The position numbers and the translations under genes are program-made. A stretch of 64,000 nucleotides of DNA from the NCBI GenBank assembly GCA_977862235.1, contig OZ374561.1:806001-870000 (forward strand), in the 5' to 3' direction. Each line of letters starts with the position of its first letter. The stretch's first letter is position 1. A model generated the notes under the pieces. It was not told where the DNA came from. It made no database searches and saw only the letters and a program-made list of their open reading frames with translations. Shown here one piece after another: positions 1 through 9,312 of this stretch. Origin of the DNA: Dudresnaya verticillata (lineage: Eukaryota).

Positions 1-323
1 CGCCTTTTATACAATACGTCGATGACGGGTCTTCCTGAAACAAAAGAGGTGACTACATAGGCAAACTCGTCATCCTCAAGAATTTCTGTTAGTCGCACCA
101 TGGAAGGGTGGTCATGAGACCTCAGCGCTGCAAGTTCGTTGTAAAACATATCACGAACAGCAGAACTTTCCTCCAAAACACCCTTGTTCACAGAGCGTAT
201 AATATGCGTTGTCCGCCTTAGCTGATGCACGGCAAGTAAATATGTGGAAAGTCGAGCGTGCCCAAGTTCGCGAACCACGTGGTAGTTGCCGAGCGCCATA
301 AGGCCTTCATGTAACGTCGCCAT
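1..323 (-). CDS. Protein kinase-like (CAMK/SNF1-type N-lobe), probable pseudokinase; 5' part only, runs off the window
   Basis: Manual translation from ATG at 323 (not in ORF track): MATLHEGLMALGNYHVVRELGHARLSTYLLAVHQLRRTTHIIRSVNKGVLEESSAVRDMFYNELAALRSHDHPSMVRLTEILEDDEFAYVVTSFVSG. This follows kinase subdomains I-V (Y..vreLG, alphaC Glu, HP.MVRL.E..ED...Y.V). Confidence 0.75.
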   Translation of the reverse strand, partial: MATLHEGLMALGNYHVVRELGHARLSTYLLAVHQLRRTTHIIRSVNKGVLEESSAVRDMFYNELAALRSHDHPSMVRLTEILEDDEFAYVVTSFVSGRPVIDVLYKR

Positions 324-883
324 GTTGAGAAACTTGTCAAGGGTGAAGAAACCTCTTCACTAGACCAACAGCCTATAGTGCTGGCAACAGCCAGGGGTGA
401 TCCAAAAATCGAGGATGCGCTCCAGTCGTGCTCACACAGTTTGTCAGCGGCGAACTGAGTGAAGTCAAGGGGCTAAAGACCGCAAAGGCCAAGGCTCACA
501 CGCATGCATTCAGGACGCAGGGAGTTGGGAGGAAAGGAAATGTACAGAGGAAGGGCGGGTCCAAATCGAATGTAAGTTTCCATCGTTGCAGGACATGCGA
601 CTTATGACCGATGAATGTACCAAGCCATGCCCAGTAACGATAAGCGCTGACAAGATTCCCGTTGCACTAGCCCACGAACACAATCCGCAAACACTTGCCG
701 AGTGTCCCTGTTGCTCGGAAAGGTCAGTTTCTTGGTGCCAAGACTCGGAACCAGGGACATCCAGATAATACTATACGGCTCGACGCACAGACAGAAATGT
801 AGGAGCACAATATCGAACGAGACGGCCACAGCTGTACTGAATGCAGTAACGGGCTGCTGGATGTGTCAAGGAAGAAGCAATTA

Positions 884-1127
884 CTAGCGCCGCTCCTGCC
901 CCGCCCCACCGGCATCATGCTACCATACATACGGAGGCTTCGCCGTGCCAGGTTGATACTAGTTCACGGCGCGACTTCGGCTATATCAGCGCTATAGCCA
1001 AACCGGCTAGATGGCGCGGCGGCGTTTCGATCTAGCAAGAGTTAGTAGCATGCCGCGGGGGGCTTGTCTCGAAGACAATCGTGAAGCATTTGGTCCTCGA
1101 ATGTTAGGATATAGTGCTCGGCGCTGG
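884..1127 (+). ncRNA. Candidate structured non-coding RNA of unknown family
   Basis: Nested compatible stems: 884-892/1119-1127, 916-923/1045-1052, 941-947/965-971, 979-985/993-999, 1006-1012/1030-1036, 1064-1069/1073-1078, 1086-1097/1106-1117. G-U pairs favour the + strand. No convincing ORF. Confidence 0.4.
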
Positions 1128-2838
1128 GTCTTCTGATGATGGTTCTTTCAGGCGCGGATAGGCATTTGACTAGGCGGCATTGATCTCAGCCATGCTTTTC
1201 CACACTGACATACAGATGAAGCAGAACCAAAGCGCCGCCACTTGCTGAACACTTGGGGTAAGTGCGACAGTATTGCTCATGGCTGTTTCATCGTGCGCCT
1301 GACAACTGGCGAAACGGCTACACGGGCTCCGCCCGCAATCGCAATTGCAATCGCATATTTGGCGAAGACTCAGTTCCGCCTGAAGGAAAGGAAGTGGCGG
1401 CAATGGCTGCCATAGCTCTCCCGTGCTTGGCGTGAAGCCCGTCAAATTCCGTACTTGCACCCTTGAGCACCCTTCAACATCGAAGTACTGCAAATTGTTT
1501 GATCCTTTGATCCTTGGATCCATTCCAGCCGAATCAATCGCACCCACACACAGTGTGTTGTCGTTGCGGCTGATTTCTGAAACAATTTCGATGACGGATC
1601 AATTCTTACAGTACTGATGGCGGGATCACGGCGGCATTACAGCGACAGGGTCAACTTTGCTGCGCTCAAGTTGAAGTTGCCCGCAAAAAGCAAGCTGGGG
1701 AGCGAAGAGGTACCTGGCGAAGGACCCGGAGGGAACGAACATGATTCCCATCATTCTGTGCGTTTCATGACCATTTCGTTCAGCCTCCGTTTTTGTTTGT
1801 TACAAACTCTCGAGGGAGACCTTGAGCCCGGGAGTCTTAACTTACTTTATGGTGGTCCATGACGAACACACTACATCTTCCACCGATCTTAGTCCCGGTA
1901 TACCTCTACGCCTAATATTCAGGCGGGATGTTGACATGGCGTTGAACACCATTCTCCTACAGACTCGTGCCGAAAGGAATCCCAGCCATATTCGCAGTCA
2001 ATAACAAGTAGGAATTTCCCAAGTTGATCATTATAGAGCCTCAAGCCGCACGCCAACCTCTGCGAGCGGCCCCGCCTGCAACTTCCATCCCGCAAAGCCC
2101 TCCACACACTCGATGCAGCCGGAGCAAAACTCAAAACGACTGACAACGCCTACATGGGAAGCAAAGGAAACACGGACAGTGTCTACCATCCGTGTTTCCA
2201 GCGTCTACCGACCGTGTTTCCTTTGCTTCCCATGTAGGACCTACTTGTGGAGCCGCAGCAGCAGCAACACTCACGCACTCACGCACTCATCTCGCCAGGG
2301 AGATACTTTTAACCCCGAGATATTTTCAATCCACCACCTGATGTTCTGATACTGTCCACGAACACATCAACAAGTTTTTTTAGATTTACTGGTCGCCTTC
2401 ACCGGCCTGCACTCTCGGATCAAAATACAAAGGGGAAGCTTCTTACAGACCGATCGTCTAACCGATGAGCCACTCCAAGGGCAGATAATCCCAAGGGTAC
2501 TAGTCGCCTTCAGCCTGTCTACTTCCGAAACAGGTACCACACACATGTAGTGCCCCAATATCCTTGCATTTGCGCCTCTTTTGGGCGCATCACGAGTCCT
2601 CGAGACCTGCAGTGTCCCTCATGTCGACCAACTCTCCACACAATAACAAAAATACTGGATCACTCCACTATCGGTTCCATCAGGAATGCCATCAGCTTGT
2701 ATCGCATGCACTGTTTCTCCTAGTCTCTACCGACACTCCCCGTCTCTCCCGTACTACCCACGGGAGCTCTGCTGTGAATTCTATGACAAAGCTGAGAAAA
2801 AAGCTGTTTGTCAGCTGCCACCCGACCCATCCAACGCC

Positions 2839-2846
2839 TATATAAA
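2839..2846 (+). promoter_or_regulatory. Putative TATA box
   Basis: TATATAAA about 110 nt upstream of the ATG at 2958. Confidence 0.5.
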
Positions 2847-2957
2847 CTGGGTCCAGCCTGCAGGGGGGACTCGGATTCCTCCTCACACCATCATCGCCAC
2901 TTCAGCAACAGCAGTAACCTCTGATCTACCTTGGACGAACTCCAGAAGCAAGCAAAC

Positions 2958-3218
2958 ATGTCTTCTCGCAACTCGGGCTCTGGCTCGGGTGGTCAGACTG
3001 GCGGCGGCTCCTCTGGCACCAACAGCCAGGGAAACCACTTCAACACTCCAGGAGGGAACAACTCCAACATAGGGACATCTTACCACTACAGCAACACTGA
3101 CGGCAGCTACTATTATGCCGATGACAACGGTTCCAAGTACTACAGTGACCCGTCTGGCCAGGGCCACTACACCCCGCCGAGCAGCGGCTCTGGTGGCAAG
3201 GGAAGTGGTCGCAAGTGA
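2958..3218 (+). CDS. Small Gly/Ser/Asn/Tyr-rich protein (SGTNSQGNH...SYHYSNTDGSYYY type), function unknown
   Basis: 86-aa ORF from ATG 2958 (context caaacATG), biased codon usage, upstream TATA. The core motif recalls small uncharacterised fungal proteins (from memory). Confidence 0.8.
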   Translation: MSSRNSGSGSGGQTGGGSSGTNSQGNHFNTPGGNNSNIGTSYHYSNTDGSYYYADDNGSKYYSDPSGQGHYTPPSSGSGGKGSGRK

Positions 3219-4155
3219 TTCTTCGAATGTCGCCGAAGACCAAATTGACAATACAAGGTTGCTCTTCCTCTCCCTCTCCATATCTCATGCGTTCTGCCTA
3301 CCAGCTGATTTCACTCGAGTCAGTTCCCAAGCTATGGAAAGAATTGCGGCCCAACTGTAGTCGTTCTTGTATCCCAAGTTCGTCTCCCTATGTCAAAAAT
3401 ATCGGTCTTTGCTAGACATGACGCTTGCTTTACTGGCCTGATCATTAGCAATAAAACCCATCTGCTTTAAGGCTCGGATGCGTTTTTGTCATTCCTGTTA
3501 TACCCGGGTCTGCAATGATGTTGACATTCCAGTCTCGTCGAAAGTTGAGAACTTTCGATATAAATCAAGAGAGGCAACTTCTGTGGTTGAAAACAACTCT
3601 TCGAGTGAGCTAAAATCCTTGCCCTCTGCTTCGTCCACATCCGAGCGTCTGCAGCGAGTCTGAAGCCGAAGTCGGCCAAACGCAGACGCGGATGTAAATC
3701 ACCAGCTCCCACGTGGCAGCTGATCAACCAGCAAAAAAAAAGGAAAAAACCGACACCCACTTCCTTTTGATCTCGGGAAGTGCAACAGTTTCGAGGTGTT
3801 TGACGGGACCTTCAACAGGATCATCCTGCCAAACGAACGTCATACAATCTTGTACAGCAAACATCCGTGGACCGATTAGCGCAGCACCTTCCATGACGAG
3901 GATGCTTATTGCAGGAAGGCAGTAAGCACACACCGTCGCCTTGTCCTCAGGGAAGGGCGATTTAGAGCTCTTGGTGGAGCTGACAATAGTCCGTCTCCAG
4001 CCCTCACGACAGAGCTGTGAGGAGTAAATCTCCCTTCAAGAGCTTATGCGCAAGGAGCAAACTGTGCACTCAAAGCTGCTCACGTTCCCGCTCACCGGAG
4101 TTTCCAATTCTGCAGATTCCGCAAATAGCGCAACCTTGTTTTGAGACAGCCTAAC

Positions 4156-4911
4156 ATGACGAGCGCCTTCGCAGTCTCCTTGTTGCTGCCTTCCCGAGGT
4201 CTCGCATCGGTATGCGCCTGTCCAAGGAGCCCTCAGGTGGCCCGCAAGGCCATCACTAAGCCGTCAGGCATTCCGAAGATGATGCAGCGACAAGCTCCAC
4301 CCCAGACGTCTTCAGCCCCTTCCTCTCTCTCACTTGCTACCTTCAAAGCATTCTTTTCTGCAATGCCTGGTTCATGGAATTCACAAAGAACTTATCACTA
4401 CCTCACTCCTGGAGAACCTCAAGAGAGGGAGGAGAGCCAAACAACATTTGACGTAGAGCGGCTAACCCCGTCGCAGATCAAAGACGTGCTCGCATCGAAT
4501 TCAGATGACCTCGCCAGCTTGACTGGTGCAGAAGGTTTTCGAGTCTCGTTTCTAACTCGAATGGCCTCCCAAGATGAACTTGTTCGTTCTGGGACGAATC
4601 TTGCTTTCGTCCCAGAAAATGGGCGTGCAGGTACCGTAGAAGGTTCTTATTATCGCGATCTTGGGTACGAGGAGAGTCGTCCCATAAAGGCCAGGTTCGT
4701 GTTTGACGTTGAAAGGAATGAACTGCAGATGACAACGTTCTATACAAAGGTTATTTCAGTGGACGAAATTCGACTCGTGAACAATGAAGTACGATTGAGG
4801 AGAATTCTTAACTACAGGCGACCACAGCAAGACGGGGATCCTTTGACAGACCCACTTCTCATAGGGTACGGAGTAGAATGTAAGGGTGACTCTGGAAGGC
4901 TTGTAGAATAG
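4156..4911 (+). CDS. CpcS/CpeS-family phycobiliprotein lyase, plastid-targeted
   Basis: FF...GSWNSQRTYHYL motif, GSYYRDLGYEE, DEIRLV...RLR. Ser/Ala/Pro-rich transit-peptide-like N-terminus (MTSAFAVS). First ATG at 4156. Confidence 0.85.
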   Translation: MTSAFAVSLLLPSRGLASVCACPRSPQVARKAITKPSGIPKMMQRQAPPQTSSAPSSLSLATFKAFFSAMPGSWNSQRTYHYLTPGEPQEREESQTTFDVERLTPSQIKDVLASNSDDLASLTGAEGFRVSFLTRMASQDELVRSGTNLAFVPENGRAGTVEGSYYRDLGYEESRPIKARFVFDVERNELQMTTFYTKVISVDEIRLVNNEVRLRRILNYRRPQQDGDPLTDPLLIGYGVECKGDSGRLVE

Positions 4912-5263
4912 GCGCGCAAAACCGGATGGTACTAAATGCATTGCGGGGTTGTGGTACATTCGCAGCCCATTAAACGTTGTCAAGATTTTGCACCGACGCA
5001 GTGCTCTTTACGGCACTCTTCTTGTTTGCAAATTTTGCCACGCTTCGCTGTTGCCCGGTTCAAATTTATTGGCACATGAGGTAAGTGTTCTACATTGTCT
5101 CTAGCGAAGCAAAGCCAAGTGATTATGTAACTAAACATGCCGCAGCAAGCGAGAATGGTGCGGCAAGTAGGATACCGCTGCAACGAACATCCGTTGCCAT
5201 CAAAAGGTAACATGTTAATGGTCTCAAGCATGGCTGGATCTTGGATAAAGTCCCCACCAGTTT

Positions 5264-6763
5264 TCAAAGATATATTGCAATATTGCGGACAATTTCGGAT
5301 GCATCTAAACACGGAGCACTTTGCTGCAGCCGGTCTACCGCAGACCGAATTCGCGCACCCTGATCTCTTGCTTCTTGACGAGAGGAGTACCCGTCTCGGC
5401 CACCGATGTCTAGGACCCTGAATTCGAGCAGGCCAGTATTATGCTTGGCTGCAATGCAGAGCATAGCCTCAAGTCGATCAAGCTGCGTCTCATCCTGATC
5501 TCGAACAGAAACGCTGAAGCTCTTCAATTTAGCCCCCAGATGTCGCATGATATTCTTTGTTTCACTCAAAGAGATGCGCACCTTTGCTAGCCTTAGGTCT
5601 GCCAAGTTCGGTGCTCCTTCGATTGCATTCTCCAATACACCGGCAATGGATACCGCATAGCAGGGGTAGTGAGGGCGGTCGCTTCCATGCAGACATTCGA
5701 AAGGGGAATCCCAGGACAGGTCCAGCGCTGCCAATTCGCAAAGCCTTTCCGTCAATCGCGGGAGGGCTATCTCTGCACCTGGCTCCATCACTACGCTCAA
5801 GTGTGTTAAGCTAGGCAACTCAGTTAGCTGCGCTAGCTGCTCCTCTTTCAGGGTGCTCTCCACAACTAGTTGCTTAACTGCAGGTCCAACTCGCAGGGCC
5901 GTCTCAAAAGTCCTTGCCCCAGACATAATGTTGACCTTTTCAAGGGCCTGAACTCTAGGCAATAGCTCGTCTGGGACATCTCCGCAAAAGGAGATTTCTT
6001 GAAGTGCAGGCGCTACGGGGAAAATTCTCCACACAGGTTCTATCCCATAACGCTCAGCTCGGGAGCACTCAATCTCAAGACAGGTAAGGCTGCCAAGGTG
6101 GTACGGCACAGTTGCGTATTCCGGGTTCAAGTAACGATCATCCTCAAACGGACAGAAGCTACTTGTCCACGCGCACTCGTCGCAACAAGTGAGACTTAGC
6201 TTCTCCAGTTTCATACACGATAGCGCCTGTTCCAGGAACTCTTTGGAAAGGTCTCCTTGCCGCTTGTAATTCTGAAGTGTAATATGAAGTTTGCGGATTG
6301 AAGTGGATGCGGCAACCGTGCGCAGGATGTAGGGCTCATCCACAATAGCGACACCAGACAGGGATTTGCGCTCTAGGAGGTCCTTGATAGTATATCGAAT
6401 ATCTAGAGATTCCTCAACAGTGAGGTCCACCTCTCTAATTTCGTCACCGAAGACTTCAGTCCACTCCCGCATATCACCACGCCTGTCAATGATGTTGACC
6501 ATGTCGAACTTGTTTGAGAATGATGAAACAACTGCGTTCTTCAACTTCTGACTCGTCTGGGCAAGGCGCAAAGCGAAGTCATTCTGGCGGCCATTCAACG
6601 CATGTAGCACAATCCTGTCAAAGACTTCCTGCGGAAGAAGAGCAAGCCACGAGCGCGCTTCGGGCGTCTCTGCGGCGGCAAAAGCAGCAGCGTTTTCAGC
6701 AGCTCTAGGCTTTCTGGTCCTGATATACCTTGAGAACGTAGATTCCATCCGACGGCGTGGCAT
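5264..6763 (-). CDS. F-box-like / leucine-rich-repeat protein
   Basis: 499-aa ORF with N-terminal WLALLPQEVFDRIV (F-box-like) followed by LxxLxL repeats (LEKLSLT, LTCLEIE, LPSLTHLSV, PNLADLRL). Confidence 0.7.
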   Translation of the reverse strand: MPRRRMESTFSRYIRTRKPRAAENAAAFAAAETPEARSWLALLPQEVFDRIVLHALNGRQNDFALRLAQTSQKLKNAVVSSFSNKFDMVNIIDRRGDMREWTEVFGDEIREVDLTVEESLDIRYTIKDLLERKSLSGVAIVDEPYILRTVAASTSIRKLHITLQNYKRQGDLSKEFLEQALSCMKLEKLSLTCCDECAWTSSFCPFEDDRYLNPEYATVPYHLGSLTCLEIECSRAERYGIEPVWRIFPVAPALQEISFCGDVPDELLPRVQALEKVNIMSGARTFETALRVGPAVKQLVVESTLKEEQLAQLTELPSLTHLSVVMEPGAEIALPRLTERLCELAALDLSWDSPFECLHGSDRPHYPCYAVSIAGVLENAIEGAPNLADLRLAKVRISLSETKNIMRHLGAKLKSFSVSVRDQDETQLDRLEAMLCIAAKHNTGLLEFRVLDIGGRDGYSSRQEARDQGARIRSAVDRLQQSAPCLDASEIVRNIAIYL

Positions 6764-7720
6764 ACTGGAACGGTCGACGTGCCGAGGTGAAGCGCCCGGT
6801 ATTGAAACCCAGACGATTACCTGGCGGAAAAGCGGGTAACGTCAATAGGTTATCCAGCAGAAAGGGGCACGGGCCACTGCGATCCGCTACGAGGATTTTC
6901 GCAGGAGCAGGTCGTGTTAGGTTGTTCAGAAGAAGTGCTGAGATTCTTGCGGCCCGGAAAAGCGGCTTTCCTAGAAACACTGCTATAGTTTGGCTTAGGA
7001 ACGCTTGGGCGCAAAGGCAGTAATAGGCGAGAGCAAATGGCAAGTGCCCGCAAAGGTGGTGGCGGGAGGTCAAGGGAGTTGAAGGGACGGATGCGTCGCT
7101 GCCAGGGCCGTGAGGCAATTTCAAGGGAGTGAGGCCCGGTGAGACAAGAAACAGGCAGTGCTAATCTTGTCCGAGGCAACTGGCCATCGCAACTGGAGAT
7201 AAGAGCAACAGGATCCGAATTGAGATAATCCTATCTTAAATTTGAGCCCCAACCCAATCAACTGCTAGCCCTTGGCAATGCTGCATTTGCGCGGGTGGCC
7301 ACGGCGAATCACACAATGTGTCGAGGTGCATATGCTTATATACAATCCCATGTGCAGATCCAAGCCTTTGGGAACATGGCCCTTCCCACAGAGCTGATAG
7401 TTCATCCTGACTTTCCTGGCGATCATACTCTAGTAAAGTAAAAAGTACTGTACAGCACTGTACAGGCCCTGTACTACAGGGAATGCCAGGAGAACTCCCA
7501 GACAAGGTAGAGCCGCGCGAGTCTTGCCCAGCTTTCCACTGAGGCGTACAGTCTGTAGCCGCAACAGTGACAGAACTTGAAATTTTGAAGGCAATCCATG
7601 AAGACCACAGGCTTCCCATCGCACCAGACCATAGCTTCCTTTATCCGCACAAATCAATCTACCGCGTCGTAACCTAACAAAGGTCTTTGTTTGCTAACAT
7701 CGAAGCATGGATTTTTTTTG

Positions 7721-9312
7721 TCATCTCTTCGAAAGAAGATTGCGCAGCGTTTCGTTTTCAGTTCGCAGTCTTCTTTCCTCCGCCACCAAAGATTTTGCAT
7801 GATCTTTCGCTTCTTCCAATACATTCTGCAAGTTCTGCACCTTCGCCTTTCGACGCAAATGGCTTCGCGCAGCAGCTTCCCGGTTCCGAATTTTCCGCAG
7901 GCTAGTGCTAATATCCAAAGAGCTTCGATTTGCTTGCAATCGGCTGGCTGTACATATGTCAGGAATATTTTGGTTAGCTCTACTTTAGCGATATCAATCA
8001 CAATGTGGTAGAAGAGGCGTTGCAAGGAATGCCCGGGTTCATTCTCAGTGACTTTCGACTTACGTTGTTGTGCATCACCGGAGCTTCCAGGGAGCTCTTG
8101 ATCTCCTAAAACACTTACCGAGAACGGCAGTCCTTGTTTGTGCTCTTCTCGATCTGAATAGTTACTCGTTTCGCTGCTCTTCACAGACCTACTCAGGGAC
8201 CGACGTGGATCTTCAAAAGTGCCTTCTCGCCTTGCTCCCTCTTCTGTGCCCCCAATATCGCCTTCTACTTCAGCTACGGCAAGATCGCATAGTTCCGAAA
8301 CACTTTCATGATTTACCGAAACAGAAATACTTGATGAAACTCGCTTGCGATAGCATGAAATTACCAGTTCTTCATTTTGCGATCGATCCAACTTACGAAC
8401 AGTGGCAAGGAATGTTCCAGCGTAGAGGAAGATGTTTCGGGCAAAGATAGAAAAGTCGAGTGGGTGTGTCGGCCTATTCGTTTGATGTATACAACCGCAT
8501 GTGCCTGACACAGGTTTCGTACAGTACAGACATTTTGTTCTGTGTTCATTGAGGATATCGCACCGTGTTAGTGAGTTAAGGAGGTGAGTCATGTTTTCAT
8601 CGCCAAGTTTAAAGTCTTGCAATCGTTTGTTCTTGAAGGCAAAACACGCAATACAGCGCCCACTTCTCACAACATGTGATGCAAATGAGATTTGCACTAA
8701 ATTACTAGGCCCTTGCTCAGAAGCGGCAGTCAAAAGCATAGTGTTGATATTATCGAAGGCAAAACGAGCGTATGGGATAGGATTCGGATCTCCGAAGACC
8801 GGTGCTGAATGACCATGCTCACAGCTCTTTCGGACTTGAATTCCAAGCGTAATATGGTCGCGTGACACTAGTGGAATGAGGCAACATTGGTCGGGCATCA
8901 GAGATTGGTGTGAGGCTGCAAAATGAGAAGCAGGACGCTCTCTTCCGCCCTGTCGTTCCGAAGATGAACCTTCCCTTAACGATAGGTCGACTAGGGCAGC
9001 GCTGGCCTTCTGAATAGAGCAAACAAGTCTGGGGAGGTCAAGGCGACCGCCGTCATCGTGGAACAGAAAGTCAGCGACCCATGGGAAGTTTCTTGGAAGC
9101 TCGAAAGCTGCTTTGAGCGTGCTACGGAGGGTGGTCGGATCAATTTGCTCGGGAGGGCGAGAGTGGTGTTGCGCGGGCACAGGAAGAGAAGACGGAAGAG
9201 GAAGCTGTACCTCCATAGGGTGGGATCTTGGGTATCGGGTTGAACCTTGGGAAGCGAAATCGTCTGAATCTGGGTGTGAAGGTGATAGCTCTTCCGATGA
9301 GGGTGTTTCCAT
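7721..9312 (-). CDS. bZIP transcription factor with Cys-rich central domain (copy 1); exons 9312-8064 and 7947-7721
   Basis: Donor GTAAGT at 8063, branch GCTAAC and acceptor TACAG at 7948 join exon 1 in frame to LRKIRNREAAARSHLRRKAKVQNLQNVLEEAKDHAKSLVAEERRLRTENETLRNLL. The paralog at 14010-15617 has the same intron position. Confidence 0.85.
7948..8063 (-). other. Spliceosomal intron (116 nt, phase 1)
   Basis: GTAAGT...GCTAAC...TACAG; removal restores the bZIP frame. Confidence 0.8.

Noticed and set aside
702..887. Short peptide resemblance (G...RQK.RST) to ORF 21426..21614
   Set aside because: Too short, non-ATG starts, weak DNA similarity; probably chance.
1131..1160. CTGATGA as a hammerhead ribozyme core
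   Set aside because: No stem II followed by GAAA and no cleavage triplet arrangement.
7654..8063. C-terminal ~135 aa of the 552-aa ORF 7654..9312
   Set aside because: Read-through of the intron into the wrong frame. The paralog shows the real C-terminus is the spliced bZIP exon.
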